Positions 27,755 to 36,725 of a stretch of DNA of 64,000 bases are shown piece by piece. How positions within the stretch are numbered: the stretch's first letter is position 1; every line of letters starts with the position of its first letter. A model generated the notes under the pieces. It was not told the DNA's origin. It did no database searches and saw only the letters and a program-made list of their open reading frames with translations. Origin of the DNA: Nanohaloarchaea archaeon B1-Br10_U2g1 (GTDB lineage Archaea; Nanohalarchaeota; Nanosalinia; Nanosalinales; Nanosalinaceae); contig LKMN01000001.1 of NCBI GenBank assembly GCA_001563875.1, positions 68,811-132,810 of the forward strand, given 5' to 3'. Made by a program: the position numbers and the translations under genes.

Positions 27755-28477
27755 TTAGCTTAAGTTTTCAGGAGGGTATTCCTCTGGTTTTAGGTCTCCG
27801 TTTTCTACGAGCTGGTATCTAGAGCAGTATTTTTTCAGCTTAGTGTTTTCACAAGTTGGGTTTCTGGCAGAACAGTTTCTCTTTCCATGCTCTATCATCA
27901 ACATGTGGAAACTGTTTTTGATCTCGTGAGGTACAGCTTCGTTAAGCAGGCTGTGGGCTCTGGTATTTGATGTTGAGAACGGGATTAATCTTAATCTCTT
28001 AGCAATTCTTTCAACATGTGTATCAACCGGCATTACGTCTGCGTTAAAATGGAAGTTCAGAAGTACGCTTGCGGTTTTGGGTCCTATGCCTTTTATGTTC
28101 TCAAGCCATGCCTGGGCGTCTGAGTCGTCCATCTTTCCTAGGAAGTTGACTGAGTAGTCTCCTGTCTCTTCTCTTAGAGCTTTCAGGGTTCTCTGGATTC
28201 TCTTAGCTTTGGTCTGCGGTAGCCCGGCAGGATTAATCGATTTAGCTAGCTCATCTATATTGGCGTACTCTATTTCTTCATAGTCTTTGAAGTCGTTGAA
28301 GAGGTTTTCTGCGGCCCTTGCAGTATTGGTGTCTGCTACGTTCTGTGAAAGTATAGTTATCAAGAGCTGTCTCACACCGTCGCTGTCTCTATCCCATTTT
28401 TGCTCCCCGTAAATATCTAGTAGGTCGGAGTGTATAGCTCTTATCCGTGACTCAGATCTATCTATATCCATCAACAA
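27755..28477 (-). CDS. nth: Endonuclease III-family HhH-GPD DNA glycosylase
   Basis: TILSQN, IKGIGPKTA, PVDTHVERI. C-terminal Cys motif is incomplete. Confidence 0.88.
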   Translation of the reverse strand: MLMDIDRSESRIRAIHSDLLDIYGEQKWDRDSDGVRQLLITILSQNVADTNTARAAENLFNDFKDYEEIEYANIDELAKSINPAGLPQTKAKRIQRTLKALREETGDYSVNFLGKMDDSDAQAWLENIKGIGPKTASVLLNFHFNADVMPVDTHVERIAKRLRLIPFSTSNTRAHSLLNEAVPHEIKNSFHMLMIEHGKRNCSARNPTCENTKLKKYCSRYQLVENGDLKPEEYPPENLS

Positions 28478-28530
28478 AGTTATCGTTCAAAACACTAATA
28501 TTACCTACCTAAAAGTGTTTTTAACTGTTA

Positions 28531-29652
28531 GTGGTAACAACTATGTTTATGCGGAGAGAAGGTTACCACGCCAGAGAATCACCACTGCTAGAGACGAACA
28601 ACTACAGCATACCCCAGCTAGAAGAAGTTATTAGAGAAGACCTATCTGAAATAACTGAGCCAAATGAACTGCTACTAGACTGGATGACGGAGTACAGTTT
28701 CGAAGAATCGGTGAACGAGGAGAATCCATCTTGGTGGAAACCCTCTACAGCATCTATCAATGTTGAGGTAAAGGGAGATAGAACGCTAGAAGCATATGCA
28801 GAAGAAGTCCTAGAAGAACTTAGGACAGAAAGGTACAGAGTCACGGACGACAGCATAGACCCGATGACCGGAGACATGGTGCCTATAGAAGTAACAATAG
28901 GAGACCTGGAACAGAAAAACGGGCTGGTAACCTTGAAAGAAGACACCGGAGAAAGACAGACAGTTGGGATAGAGGGAGCTAGAGAAATACTTTCCGAGAA
29001 AACTCCCAAAAGAGAACACGGTCAAGACCAACCTTTAACCTCCACCCTCAAAGAAGATAGTTTCAGCTACGAGATAACCGCTGATCTAACATCAGGGTTC
29101 TTCGAAGTAGATGCGGTAATGGAAAATGGGAGTGAGCTAAGCTCAGTACTATTCATGCCTTATATAGACAGTGAAGAAGCATTGCTGTTTTCTATCGACT
29201 CCCAGTTCTCAAACGGTATAGACAGCTACAATGTAGACTGGCGGAAAGGAACAAACTATACAGGGAACAAGGCAGTAGACGCATTAACACAGGAGCTACC
29301 TTACTTTGCAGCGTTCGAACAGATACCGACTCAGGAGATACCTTCAGAGGCCATAGAATACAAACAAGAAAACCATTTAAGCCGCGGAACAAAAGACGTG
29401 ATAATCCAAAACCGTGCCTGGAACTCACTGGACGGCTATGATCTATGTAAACAAGATAAGATACAGCAAAAAATCTACAGGATAGCTCTCGGCAAGTCAA
29501 CACCCACAGAACAAAGTAAGAACAGTAATCTAACCCGTATAGGGAACGAGGGACATTTCATAAGGTATCGAGAGAACGAAGATAAAACTATTATACAAGA
29601 GATAGGCCACTACAAGGACGTATTCGACAACCACTCCAAAAGAAGAACTTAG
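28531..29652 (+). CDS. Hypothetical protein with C-terminal RelE/ParE-like domain
   Basis: C-terminal VIIQNRAWNSLDGYD...KIQQKI...RIGNEGHFIRY...IIQEIGHYKDVF. Confidence 0.6.
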   Translation: MVTTMFMRREGYHARESPLLETNNYSIPQLEEVIREDLSEITEPNELLLDWMTEYSFEESVNEENPSWWKPSTASINVEVKGDRTLEAYAEEVLEELRTERYRVTDDSIDPMTGDMVPIEVTIGDLEQKNGLVTLKEDTGERQTVGIEGAREILSEKTPKREHGQDQPLTSTLKEDSFSYEITADLTSGFFEVDAVMENGSELSSVLFMPYIDSEEALLFSIDSQFSNGIDSYNVDWRKGTNYTGNKAVDALTQELPYFAAFEQIPTQEIPSEAIEYKQENHLSRGTKDVIIQNRAWNSLDGYDLCKQDKIQQKIYRIALGKSTPTEQSKNSNLTRIGNEGHFIRYRENEDKTIIQEIGHYKDVFDNHSKRRT

Positions 29653-29855
29653 TAAAAAACCTGGTCATTTCAGCTGGAAATAAGTAGGTTGGTGCTTAAA
29701 AACCGGTTTTAGGTTCGCACTCTGATTAAAACATATATTTTCTGACTTTTTCAAATTATTTTGATAGTTCTCAGCCCTACTAAGAAATTTTTAGCTTAAT
29801 AGACCATATTTAGGCGCTGATTAAATAATAGCACAACTGTTAACTTTCAGTGAAT

Positions 29856-29926
29856 AGCCCCTTTCTGAGTGAGGCTATTCGGGTTCAAAAGCTCACAAAT
29901 ACGTGGATGGCGACCCTGAGATCGTA
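29856..29926. repeat. Junction 1: core plus right arm only (distal array boundary)
   Basis: AGCCCCTTTCTGAGTGAGGCTATTCGGGTTCAAAAGCTCACA...GGATGGCGACCCTGAGATCGTA. No left arm upstream. Confidence 0.85.
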
Positions 29927-29972
29927 TCTGTAATAAGTATAAACAAATGTTTTAACTTATTTGTTGGTTATT

Positions 29973-31229
29973 CTAGACTGGATTAATAGCAGAAACCTCG
30001 GGTATGAATATTAAGGCATCAAAGTTTTCTCTCAGTCTCAGTTTGTCGTAGTGATCTTCAATAGTTTCAAGATGGAAATAAGTTCCTGCAGTATGGAGTC
30101 TGTGTTCTTGAGTTATCCATTTCTTCAGTCCTTCATTTGGTATGCTAGTAAAGTCTAGGAAGAACGGTTCTTCAATGTGATCTAGTTCTTGAGCTAAAGT
30201 ATTCTCGTGTATTTTATCGAATGATTTCTCACCGTTCCATTCCGTCCTTGGTTCTTCCATATTTAGATATTTGAACGATCCTGTTCCGAAATCAAAACCA
30301 ATAGAATAGTAATCTTCTCCATACCTTTGATCTAGGTAGTATCCGAGTGCTTTTGATTCAGGGTTTTCAGGTTTTCCTCCTTTCTTGATGTGAGCGTTAT
30401 GCGCCCAGACAAAAGCGTTTTCTTCATCCTCGAAATCCATCATCCAAGAAATATTTTCCGCCATACATTGATCCCTAAAAGTCCAAGAATCCATATCAAA
30501 TTCAGCATTCTCATTCATAGCCAAACAATACTTTCTACATTGACCAAGTATTTCGACTAACTGCTTCAGTAATCCATATTCCTGTTCAGAAATAGTTTCC
30601 AAATACTCATCCTGTTTCTGCTTGACTTGATTCTCCAAATCTGTGATAAAGTCTCTGAGTTCAGCTTCTTTTTCTTTATCTATTTCTGCAAACATCATTT
30701 TTCCTTCCTCTATAAACTTCAGAGCCTCATCATTTGCTTCAATAAAGTCGCTGTCAACTTCCTGCATTTTTTCTCGCAGCTTCTTGAAAGAAGCAACATC
30801 GTTCTGCATATCAAAGCCATAGAATTTGACTTTCTCATTATCTGAAACCTGCTTATTATATTCTCGAACCCATCCCACCAAGTTCAAAATTTCTTCTGTT
30901 CTGAATATAGGCGAGCTTATCGAACTCAGTGCTTCTTCAGCCGTTCCTTCTCCGTTAACAACATAGTTGTTGATTTCAAGCGTTTCTCCAAACGATGCTT
31001 CCCAAGCAAATATGCGGTAGTCTAACTCTTCAACAAGAAACCGAAAGAATCTGTGTCTAACCCTATGGAATTCTTTGCTGGAGTGTGTAGCTTCACCCAT
31101 ACCAATAATTTTCCTGTTCTCAAGTGTTTCCTTCGGCACTTGGAAGTCTTCAAAAGGATTTTCTGAAGAAATCTTAAGCGGAGTTGAATAAGATTCTAAC
31201 TGATTTGATATATTCTCTTGAGAAGACAT
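29973..31229 (-). CDS. Erythromycin esterase (Ere)-family protein
   Basis: IIGMGEATHSSKEF, FAWE, FYGFDMQ, RDQCMAEN, VWAHNAH, FDALIFI. Confidence 0.92.
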   Translation of the reverse strand: MSSQENISNQLESYSTPLKISSENPFEDFQVPKETLENRKIIGMGEATHSSKEFHRVRHRFFRFLVEELDYRIFAWEASFGETLEINNYVVNGEGTAEEALSSISSPIFRTEEILNLVGWVREYNKQVSDNEKVKFYGFDMQNDVASFKKLREKMQEVDSDFIEANDEALKFIEEGKMMFAEIDKEKEAELRDFITDLENQVKQKQDEYLETISEQEYGLLKQLVEILGQCRKYCLAMNENAEFDMDSWTFRDQCMAENISWMMDFEDEENAFVWAHNAHIKKGGKPENPESKALGYYLDQRYGEDYYSIGFDFGTGSFKYLNMEEPRTEWNGEKSFDKIHENTLAQELDHIEEPFFLDFTSIPNEGLKKWITQEHRLHTAGTYFHLETIEDHYDKLRLRENFDALIFIPEVSAINPV

Positions 31230-31390
31230 AAAACATAAATTTACATTTTCAGGCTTAAATCTCTGGAATTCTCGAAAGATGGTTGAATTGCCGAAGATAT
31301 GTTCTCAGTCCTCTTTTGATGGTTACATCCCTAAACTGCCTACCTGTTGTTACCATAAAGTACTTAAACCTTTGTCTCTAAGTTTACACT

Positions 31391-31732
31391 ATGTCAAATA
31401 ATTACCTTACAGATGGCGGTCAACTTGAATACGATTCAGTCGAAGAAGGAATGAAGCAAGTCCTTAGTAAATACGGAGTTGAGGAAGATCACGCAGAAAA
31501 TCTTGTAACCTTGACTTTTGGAACTCCTGCACTCACAAGAGACATCCCTGAGGGAAAAGAAGAAGTTATGGAAATATACAAAGAAAGTCTTGGGAATACA
31601 GAGTACGAACAAGATTTAGCGGAGGATGTAGATCCTGAACAAGTACAGACAGAATTAGACGAAGTAGTAAGGGAAGGACTAGACGGAGAAATCAGAGGGC
31701 CTGCCAGCGTATCAGATGAAATATTGGAATAA
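31391..31732 (+). CDS. Hypothetical acidic protein
   Basis: 113 aa with N-terminal LTDGG, own TATA-like element and downstream T-tract. Confidence 0.7.
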   Translation: MSNNYLTDGGQLEYDSVEEGMKQVLSKYGVEEDHAENLVTLTFGTPALTRDIPEGKEEVMEIYKESLGNTEYEQDLAEDVDPEQVQTELDEVVREGLDGEIRGPASVSDEILE

Positions 31733-31933
31733 TAGAGAGATTCTATAGGCTCTCCAGCTTTTTTCTTTATTTTTTGACAAACTTTCTTTCAGTAAGAGTG
31801 CCTCTACAGAGGAATTATATGAGAAATTTTAGCATGACCTGTATGACCTTCTAACTAAGCTATAATTCTTCTTAAGACATAAACTATGAATCACCGCGTC
31901 GTCTGTTAATAACTGTAGAAAGATAGCCGTTCA

Positions 31934-32078
31934 GTTCAAAAGCTCATATGAGCAATATCTGAATTGAATTCTGTCATTAGAACTTAATACTTTCAAATAA
32001 TGAGGGAAGCCCCATTTTGAGTGTGGCTATTCAGGTTCAAAAGCCCACAGACTAGCGGATGGTGATCCTGAGGTCGTA
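31934..32078. repeat. Junction 2: left arm, core and right arm
   Basis: GTTCAAAAGCTCATATGAGCA (31934), AAGCCCC (32007), GTTCAAAAGCCCACA (32035), then GGATGGTGATCCTGAGGTCGTA. Confidence 0.88.
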
Positions 32079-32203
32079 TTTATTGTAAGTATAGAAAAAA
32101 TTAATATTTCTTAATCCAATATATTTGAGTAAATTTTTCTCTTTGTTGATATACTTATTATATTTAGGTCCTCTATATTAACTAATTACAGGAGGGCGTT
32201 AAA

Positions 32204-32851
32204 ATGTCGCATCAAATCAAGCCACCAACGGAAGAATTAGAAGAAGCCAAAGAAATAGTAGATACAGCTCTATTGGAAGCAGAAGAAAAACTGCCGATGG
32301 AACAAGAAGTAGTTATAGAGCTGGGATGGACGGAAAGCGACTTCACAATCGAGGAAATGGACGGCTCAAGAGGATTCGCCAAATACCCGAACATTATCAC
32401 TCTGGATTTCAATACTTCCGCAGAAAAATGGCGTGAATCGCTACAAGCTTCTGCCTTCCACGAGTATGCCCATACTTGGGATTATGAGCAGAGAGGTCAG
32501 CAGTGGGATACCAGATGGGAATACATTCTTGGAGAGGCATTAACACAGCATTTCGCTGAAGAGAACGCAGAATACGAATCACCTTGGAGAACCAAACATA
32601 GTAGAGAAGAAATAGCTCAACATTGGTCAAAAATCAGAGATGAAGAACTTGACCACGAATACCAAAATGACGGTGGAAACGATCCGCTATTTATCAACAA
32701 AGGAGACGGAGAATACCCTAACTGGCTCGGCTACACACTATCATACCAGATAGGAGAACAGCTACTTCAAGAATACAGCCTTGAAGACTTCCCAGAACTT
32801 GACAAAGAAGATGTGGTAGAGGCAGGGAACGAAATTTACACTGAATCTTGA
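32204..32851 (+). CDS. Zn-dependent metalloprotease (DUF2268-like)
   Basis: HEYAH, LGEALTQHF, YPNWLGYTLSYQI. Confidence 0.85.
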   Translation: MSHQIKPPTEELEEAKEIVDTALLEAEEKLPMEQEVVIELGWTESDFTIEEMDGSRGFAKYPNIITLDFNTSAEKWRESLQASAFHEYAHTWDYEQRGQQWDTRWEYILGEALTQHFAEENAEYESPWRTKHSREEIAQHWSKIRDEELDHEYQNDGGNDPLFINKGDGEYPNWLGYTLSYQIGEQLLQEYSLEDFPELDKEDVVEAGNEIYTES

Positions 32852-32966
32852 TTTTCAGATTTTTAGTGGTTCTGAGGCCGTGATTTCTGTAAGGAAGATT
32901 ATTACATCGAAATTTTCTGACAATATCTCTTCAATAACTAATTTTGACAAGAAGAAAAAATATCGA

Positions 32967-33106
32967 GTTCAAAAGCTCATAAGAGCATATTTAGAGATAA
33001 AAACTCTGGAAAGCCCATAATGTTGAAGTAAATGTTCTAAGCCCCTTTTTGAGTGTGGTCATTTGGGTTCAAAAGCTCACAAATTTATGGATAGTGACCT
33101 GAGGTC
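32967..33106. repeat. Junction 3: left arm, core and right arm
   Basis: GTTCAAAAGCTCATAAGAGCA (32967), AAGCCCC (33039), GTTCAAAAGCTCACA (33067), then GGATAGTGACCTGAGGTC. Confidence 0.88.
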
Positions 33107-33150
33107 TAGACACCTATTTGCTAATAAATGTTATAATCCTTGTCTAGTCT

Positions 33151-34278
33151 TCATTGTAACTTTCTGTTTAATATTGAACTTATTCTCATAGATAATAATG
33201 TTCTTAGAGGAAGTTCACAGATTTCTTTTACTTCTTCTAGTTCTTCTTCAGGGTTTTCTGATAACCAGCTATAACTAAATAGAATGACAAACTTCAACCT
33301 ATCCGATAACTCTTCCAATTCGATTTCTCCGAAAAAGGCGATTGAACACTGCAGCTCGCCCAGACTTTTTTCGTTGATATGAACCTCAAAACTATCACTA
33401 TCGAAGTACACATTCTTGGGGTTTGGAGGATAATTCATCCCATCTTTCAGGTTTTCTGTCAAAAAGAAGTTATTCTCGGAATAATTTCTACTAAATGATT
33501 CTTTTTGAACGGCTAAATCCCTGATATAGCTAGCTAATTCTTTATCAGTAAAGTTATCCTTTACTTTTTTGATGGGTATTGAATAAGCTCGCAGACTTTC
33601 GAAATCAGGCTGGTAAGATATGGACATTTCAAAATAATGTCGCATAGAGTCGGAATGCAATTCAAAGCCTTTTTCTTGGAAAAAATTATTTAGTTCCTGA
33701 ATAACTTTAGAGTTTGCTATATAGAAATAATCCGATTCTTGATAGTAATCAGACTTGTTACGGGCAGTATCTGGCTGAGAGTATTTTCCCTCAGTTTCGT
33801 GAAATTCAAAATCAGTGTCTTCATATTCTTCAAATAACTGGTCAAGATTCTCAGATTTTTCATAGCTAAAATCGAGATCATCAACATAGGAGATCCCTAC
33901 CCAGTCTTGAATTAAATCAGGTATAACTTTGATGTCATACTTCTGATAGTAGTAATCTTTTAGGAAAGAATAACTGGGACTAGATACAATTTCTAGCTCG
34001 TCAACTTTATCCTCCTTAATCTCCAAAAGTTTTACTAGATTGCCGTGTTCAGTACTTCTCAGGATAGCTAATCTGTCAACTAGATCGCTTAATCTCAGTA
34101 ACTTCTTGTACCTGATAGGCTTTTCATAAAATTTCCATTTCTTCTTAGTATGAACTGTTTGATCATCAACTACTGTTAAATCAGATTTATCTTCTACAAG
34201 CCCTAGATCACCCATCCTTTCCATAGTTTTCTCAGGCTCTTCAGTTTCCATTACTGTAGATTCCCACGACCATCCCAT
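33151..34278 (-). CDS. Hypothetical protein (cassette cargo)
   Basis: 375-aa AT-rich ORF with no recognised motif. Confidence 0.75.
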   Translation of the reverse strand: MGWSWESTVMETEEPEKTMERMGDLGLVEDKSDLTVVDDQTVHTKKKWKFYEKPIRYKKLLRLSDLVDRLAILRSTEHGNLVKLLEIKEDKVDELEIVSSPSYSFLKDYYYQKYDIKVIPDLIQDWVGISYVDDLDFSYEKSENLDQLFEEYEDTDFEFHETEGKYSQPDTARNKSDYYQESDYFYIANSKVIQELNNFFQEKGFELHSDSMRHYFEMSISYQPDFESLRAYSIPIKKVKDNFTDKELASYIRDLAVQKESFSRNYSENNFFLTENLKDGMNYPPNPKNVYFDSDSFEVHINEKSLGELQCSIAFFGEIELEELSDRLKFVILFSYSWLSENPEEELEEVKEICELPLRTLLSMRISSILNRKLQ

Positions 34279-34372
34279 AGAAAAATCAGTTTTACCGCAG
34301 AATTATTACTTTAACTGTTGTTTAGGAATTCTACAATTTACGAGTCAAAACTTGTTTTTGTGTAGAAATAAG

Positions 34373-34451
34373 GTTCAAAAGCTCATACGAGCAGATATAC
34401 TGATAGAAGCTCTGAAAAGTCCATAATGTTGAAGTAAATGTTCTAAGCCCC
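34373..34451. repeat. Junction 4: left arm plus core running into the tRNA-Thr 3' end
   Basis: GTTCAAAAGCTCATACGAGCA (34373); 31 nt CCATAATGTTGAAGTAAATGTTCTAAGCCCC identical to junction 3. Confidence 0.9.
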
Positions 34452-34517
34452 GTCCGAGATTCGAACCCGGGATCTCGTCCTTACCAAGGACGCGCTCTAC
34501 CGCTGAGCCAACGGGGC
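34446..34517 (-). tRNA. tRNA-Thr(GGU)
   Basis: GCCCCGT...ACGGGGCT acceptor stem, anticodon loop TT GGT AA, TTCGAAT T-loop. Confidence 0.96.
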
Positions 34518-34556
34518 GTTAATTAACCAGTGATGTTTAACTCTAATAAACTGTTT

Positions 34557-35438
34557 CTATATAGCGACCAGTGTTACTCCGATTACCAGGATTGCTGATC
34601 CTATTAGCTTGAGTAGTATATGGTCTTCGTTGAACAACGCTCCGCCTGCTAATACAGTTAGAGGCACCTGTAACTGTAGTACAGGTATTACTTTGGAGGC
34701 TTCTGCCTGTGATAAGGCTGAAAGTATAGTTAGGAATGATAATGCCTGTAGTAAACCTATTATAAGGTATTTTACTGTGTTGTCAAGTACTTCTTTTTTA
34801 GATTGGTGAAGGTAGTCTATACCTTGGGTTTTGAACATCCAGATATTGAACAAGACTGCAATACCTGTTATTACAAAGAATGAATGGATTTCCGGAGGTA
34901 TCTGTGTTGTTATGTATCTGTCTGTTACTGCGGCGAAACCGAATGCTGCTGCGGAAAGAACTGCAAACTGTTCGCCTCTATCCGACAAGATGTTTTGGAA
35001 AGGAGAAAGTAAATGGTGAGGATTTTTCAGTAGGACTATATATCCTCCGAAGGTAGCTAGAAGTATTCCTGCTGCCGAGAGAATGTCAACTGCTTCGTTC
35101 AAAAAAATAAAGCCTATTACCGCTACAAAGACTGGTTGCAGCCTGTTCAGAGGCATAACCTCGGAGACAGGATCATTTTTTAACGCGTAGTTGTAGCTGA
35201 AGTAGCCTAAAAAGTTGGTTAAAAGTGATAAAGCTATGAACCCGGTTAGAACAGTTATAGAAGGTATTAGACTGGCTGAAAAGTAGTAAAGGAATACGGG
35301 TAAGTAGAATACCGTTGACAAGGCCATTGTTAGACCTGTGAAGAACGTAGGCGATATATCCTTCATCAGTTCCTTACTTAAAACTGCTATGAACACAAAT
35401 ATGACTGCTGACAAAGCTGCTAGAAAGAACCAGTCCAT
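34557..35438 (-). CDS. EamA/DMT-family transporter
   Basis: About 10 TM segments, two EamA repeats (YALK..PVSEVMP...FLNE; ALSQAEASKVIP...FNE). Confidence 0.9.
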   Translation of the reverse strand: MDWFFLAALSAVIFVFIAVLSKELMKDISPTFFTGLTMALSTVFYLPVFLYYFSASLIPSITVLTGFIALSLLTNFLGYFSYNYALKNDPVSEVMPLNRLQPVFVAVIGFIFLNEAVDILSAAGILLATFGGYIVLLKNPHHLLSPFQNILSDRGEQFAVLSAAAFGFAAVTDRYITTQIPPEIHSFFVITGIAVLFNIWMFKTQGIDYLHQSKKEVLDNTVKYLIIGLLQALSFLTILSALSQAEASKVIPVLQLQVPLTVLAGGALFNEDHILLKLIGSAILVIGVTLVAI

Positions 35439-35468
35439 TCTGTAAACAGTTTCCGAGCTTTCAGTTAA

Positions 35469-35849
35469 TTAAAGTTTGTCTTCAACTGAAAATCTGGTTC
35501 CATAACCGAACTCGTCTTTTACCTCTTCTAGGAACTCGTCTCTCTTAGTATAATCTGGTTGAAATGTTTCAAAGTTCCTCAAGAATGCAGGTCCTTCGTG
35601 TTCTTCTAGCTCATAAGACAGGTTGCCTTCACTGTCTGAGACAACTTTACCGGTATACCTCTCGCCAGGTAGTCTGAGTTCTCCGTACTCTCCATTCCAG
35701 TCTTCTGTTATATTGGTAAGATAGTTTTCTTCCAGTGTTCCCTCGAGATCTAAATCTTTTCTTACATCTTCCCAGAAATCTTCTATAGCTTTCTCTGCTC
35801 TAGTTAGCTCGATCTCTCCAGGTACGCCTGGCTTAACAGAGTAGGCCAT
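35469..35849 (-). CDS. Hypothetical protein
   Basis: 126-aa acidic ORF 5 nt downstream of rpl40e. Confidence 0.65.
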   Translation of the reverse strand: MAYSVKPGVPGEIELTRAEKAIEDFWEDVRKDLDLEGTLEENYLTNITEDWNGEYGELRLPGERYTGKVVSDSEGNLSYELEEHEGPAFLRNFETFQPDYTKRDEFLEEVKDEFGYGTRFSVEDKL

Positions 35850-35854
35850 CTATT

Positions 35855-36016
35855 TTATCCTGCGAACTCTTGGTTCTTCTTCCTAAGATGTTTGTAGCCA
35901 CATTTCCGGCATACGGTGTTCTCAGGGTTGGTGGTTCTGTTCCTTGCGTTACATCTTCTGCAGACGTAGACGTTTCCGAATACACGTTCCTCTGCTTCTT
36001 CGAACTTCTGTGCCAT
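35855..36016 (-). CDS. rpl40e: 50S ribosomal protein L40e
   Basis: Manual translation MAQKFEEAEERVFGNVYVCRRCNARNRTTNPENTVCRKCGYKHLRKKNQEFAG. Missed by the ORF track. Confidence 0.95.
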   Translation of the reverse strand: MAQKFEEAEERVFGNVYVCRRCNARNRTTNPENTVCRKCGYKHLRKKNQEFAG

Positions 36017-36158
36017 TGTTTTTGAAACCTCGTACAGAACTTGTTGTAGATTAATCTTAAGTAGGTTGAACCTTTACAGCCTGATCCGGACTATCTAAAA
36101 GGCTAAACCGGTTACACTCTAGGTAGAACTCTTAACTTTACAGGAATATAGCTAATAT

Positions 36159-36725
36159 ATGAAAACAGTTATCGTTGTTGGCGGAGGATTGTCCGGCTTA
36201 CAGGCAGGTGTATTCACAGCTAAAGCAGGAGAAGAAACACTTGTACTGGATACGGATGAATCACTTGTGTACAATACCTCGAATATCCAAAACCTGGTAG
36301 GTCATGACTCTGTATCCGGTGAAGAGCTACTAAGAAGCGGTAGAGATAAACTGGAAGAGTTCGGCGGAGAGTTTAAACAGGAGAAAGTTGAGTCTGTTAA
36401 AGAAAACGAAGAAGGATTTCTAGTTACTACAGAAGAAAGTCGGTATGAATCAGAGTATCTTGTACTGGCTTCAGCAGGTATCCACGACTACGCAGACCCT
36501 TTAGACCTTGAGTTTGAGGACGGTGTAGAAGGGATGTACATGATGGACGAGCATGTTAGGACTGATGAATCCAATAAGGTAACTGGAGCTGAGAAGATCT
36601 ATGCTGCAGGACTCGCAAACACATGGGAGTACCAGGCCTCAGTAGCTATAGGTGATGGAGCTAAAGCCGCAGTAAACCTTTTGACGGACAAATACGGAGA
36701 GCCTTACGAAGACCATGATACCTAG
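36159..36725 (+). CDS. Short FAD-dependent oxidoreductase (thioredoxin reductase-like)
   Basis: VVGGGLSGL, LVLASA, IYAAG, QASVAIGDGAKAA. No NADPH domain or CxxC. Confidence 0.82.
   Translation: MKTVIVVGGGLSGLQAGVFTAKAGEETLVLDTDESLVYNTSNIQNLVGHDSVSGEELLRSGRDKLEEFGGEFKQEKVESVKENEEGFLVTTEESRYESEYLVLASAGIHDYADPLDLEFEDGVEGMYMMDEHVRTDESNKVTGAEKIYAAGLANTWEYQASVAIGDGAKAAVNLLTDKYGEPYEDHDT

Larger units (their letters stand above)
29856..34451. mobile_element. Tandem array of three integrase-less cassettes at the tRNA-Thr 3' end
   Basis: Four (A)AGCCCC cores (29856, 32007, 33039, 34445) matching the tRNA 3' end, with conserved arm sequences at fixed spacing. Cassettes are 2152, 1032 and 1406 bp. Confidence 0.8.

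Noticed and set aside
29700-29830. Two CTGATTAAA copies as a further cassette arm
   Set aside because: Too short, AT-rich, and lacking the GTTCAAAAGCTCA box.
29856-34451. Junction repeats as CRISPR repeats, tRNA pseudogenes or IS ends
   Set aside because: Spacing is 1-2 kb, there is no cloverleaf despite the GTTCAAA resemblance to a T-loop, the repeats are direct rather than terminal inverted, and no transposase or cas gene is present.
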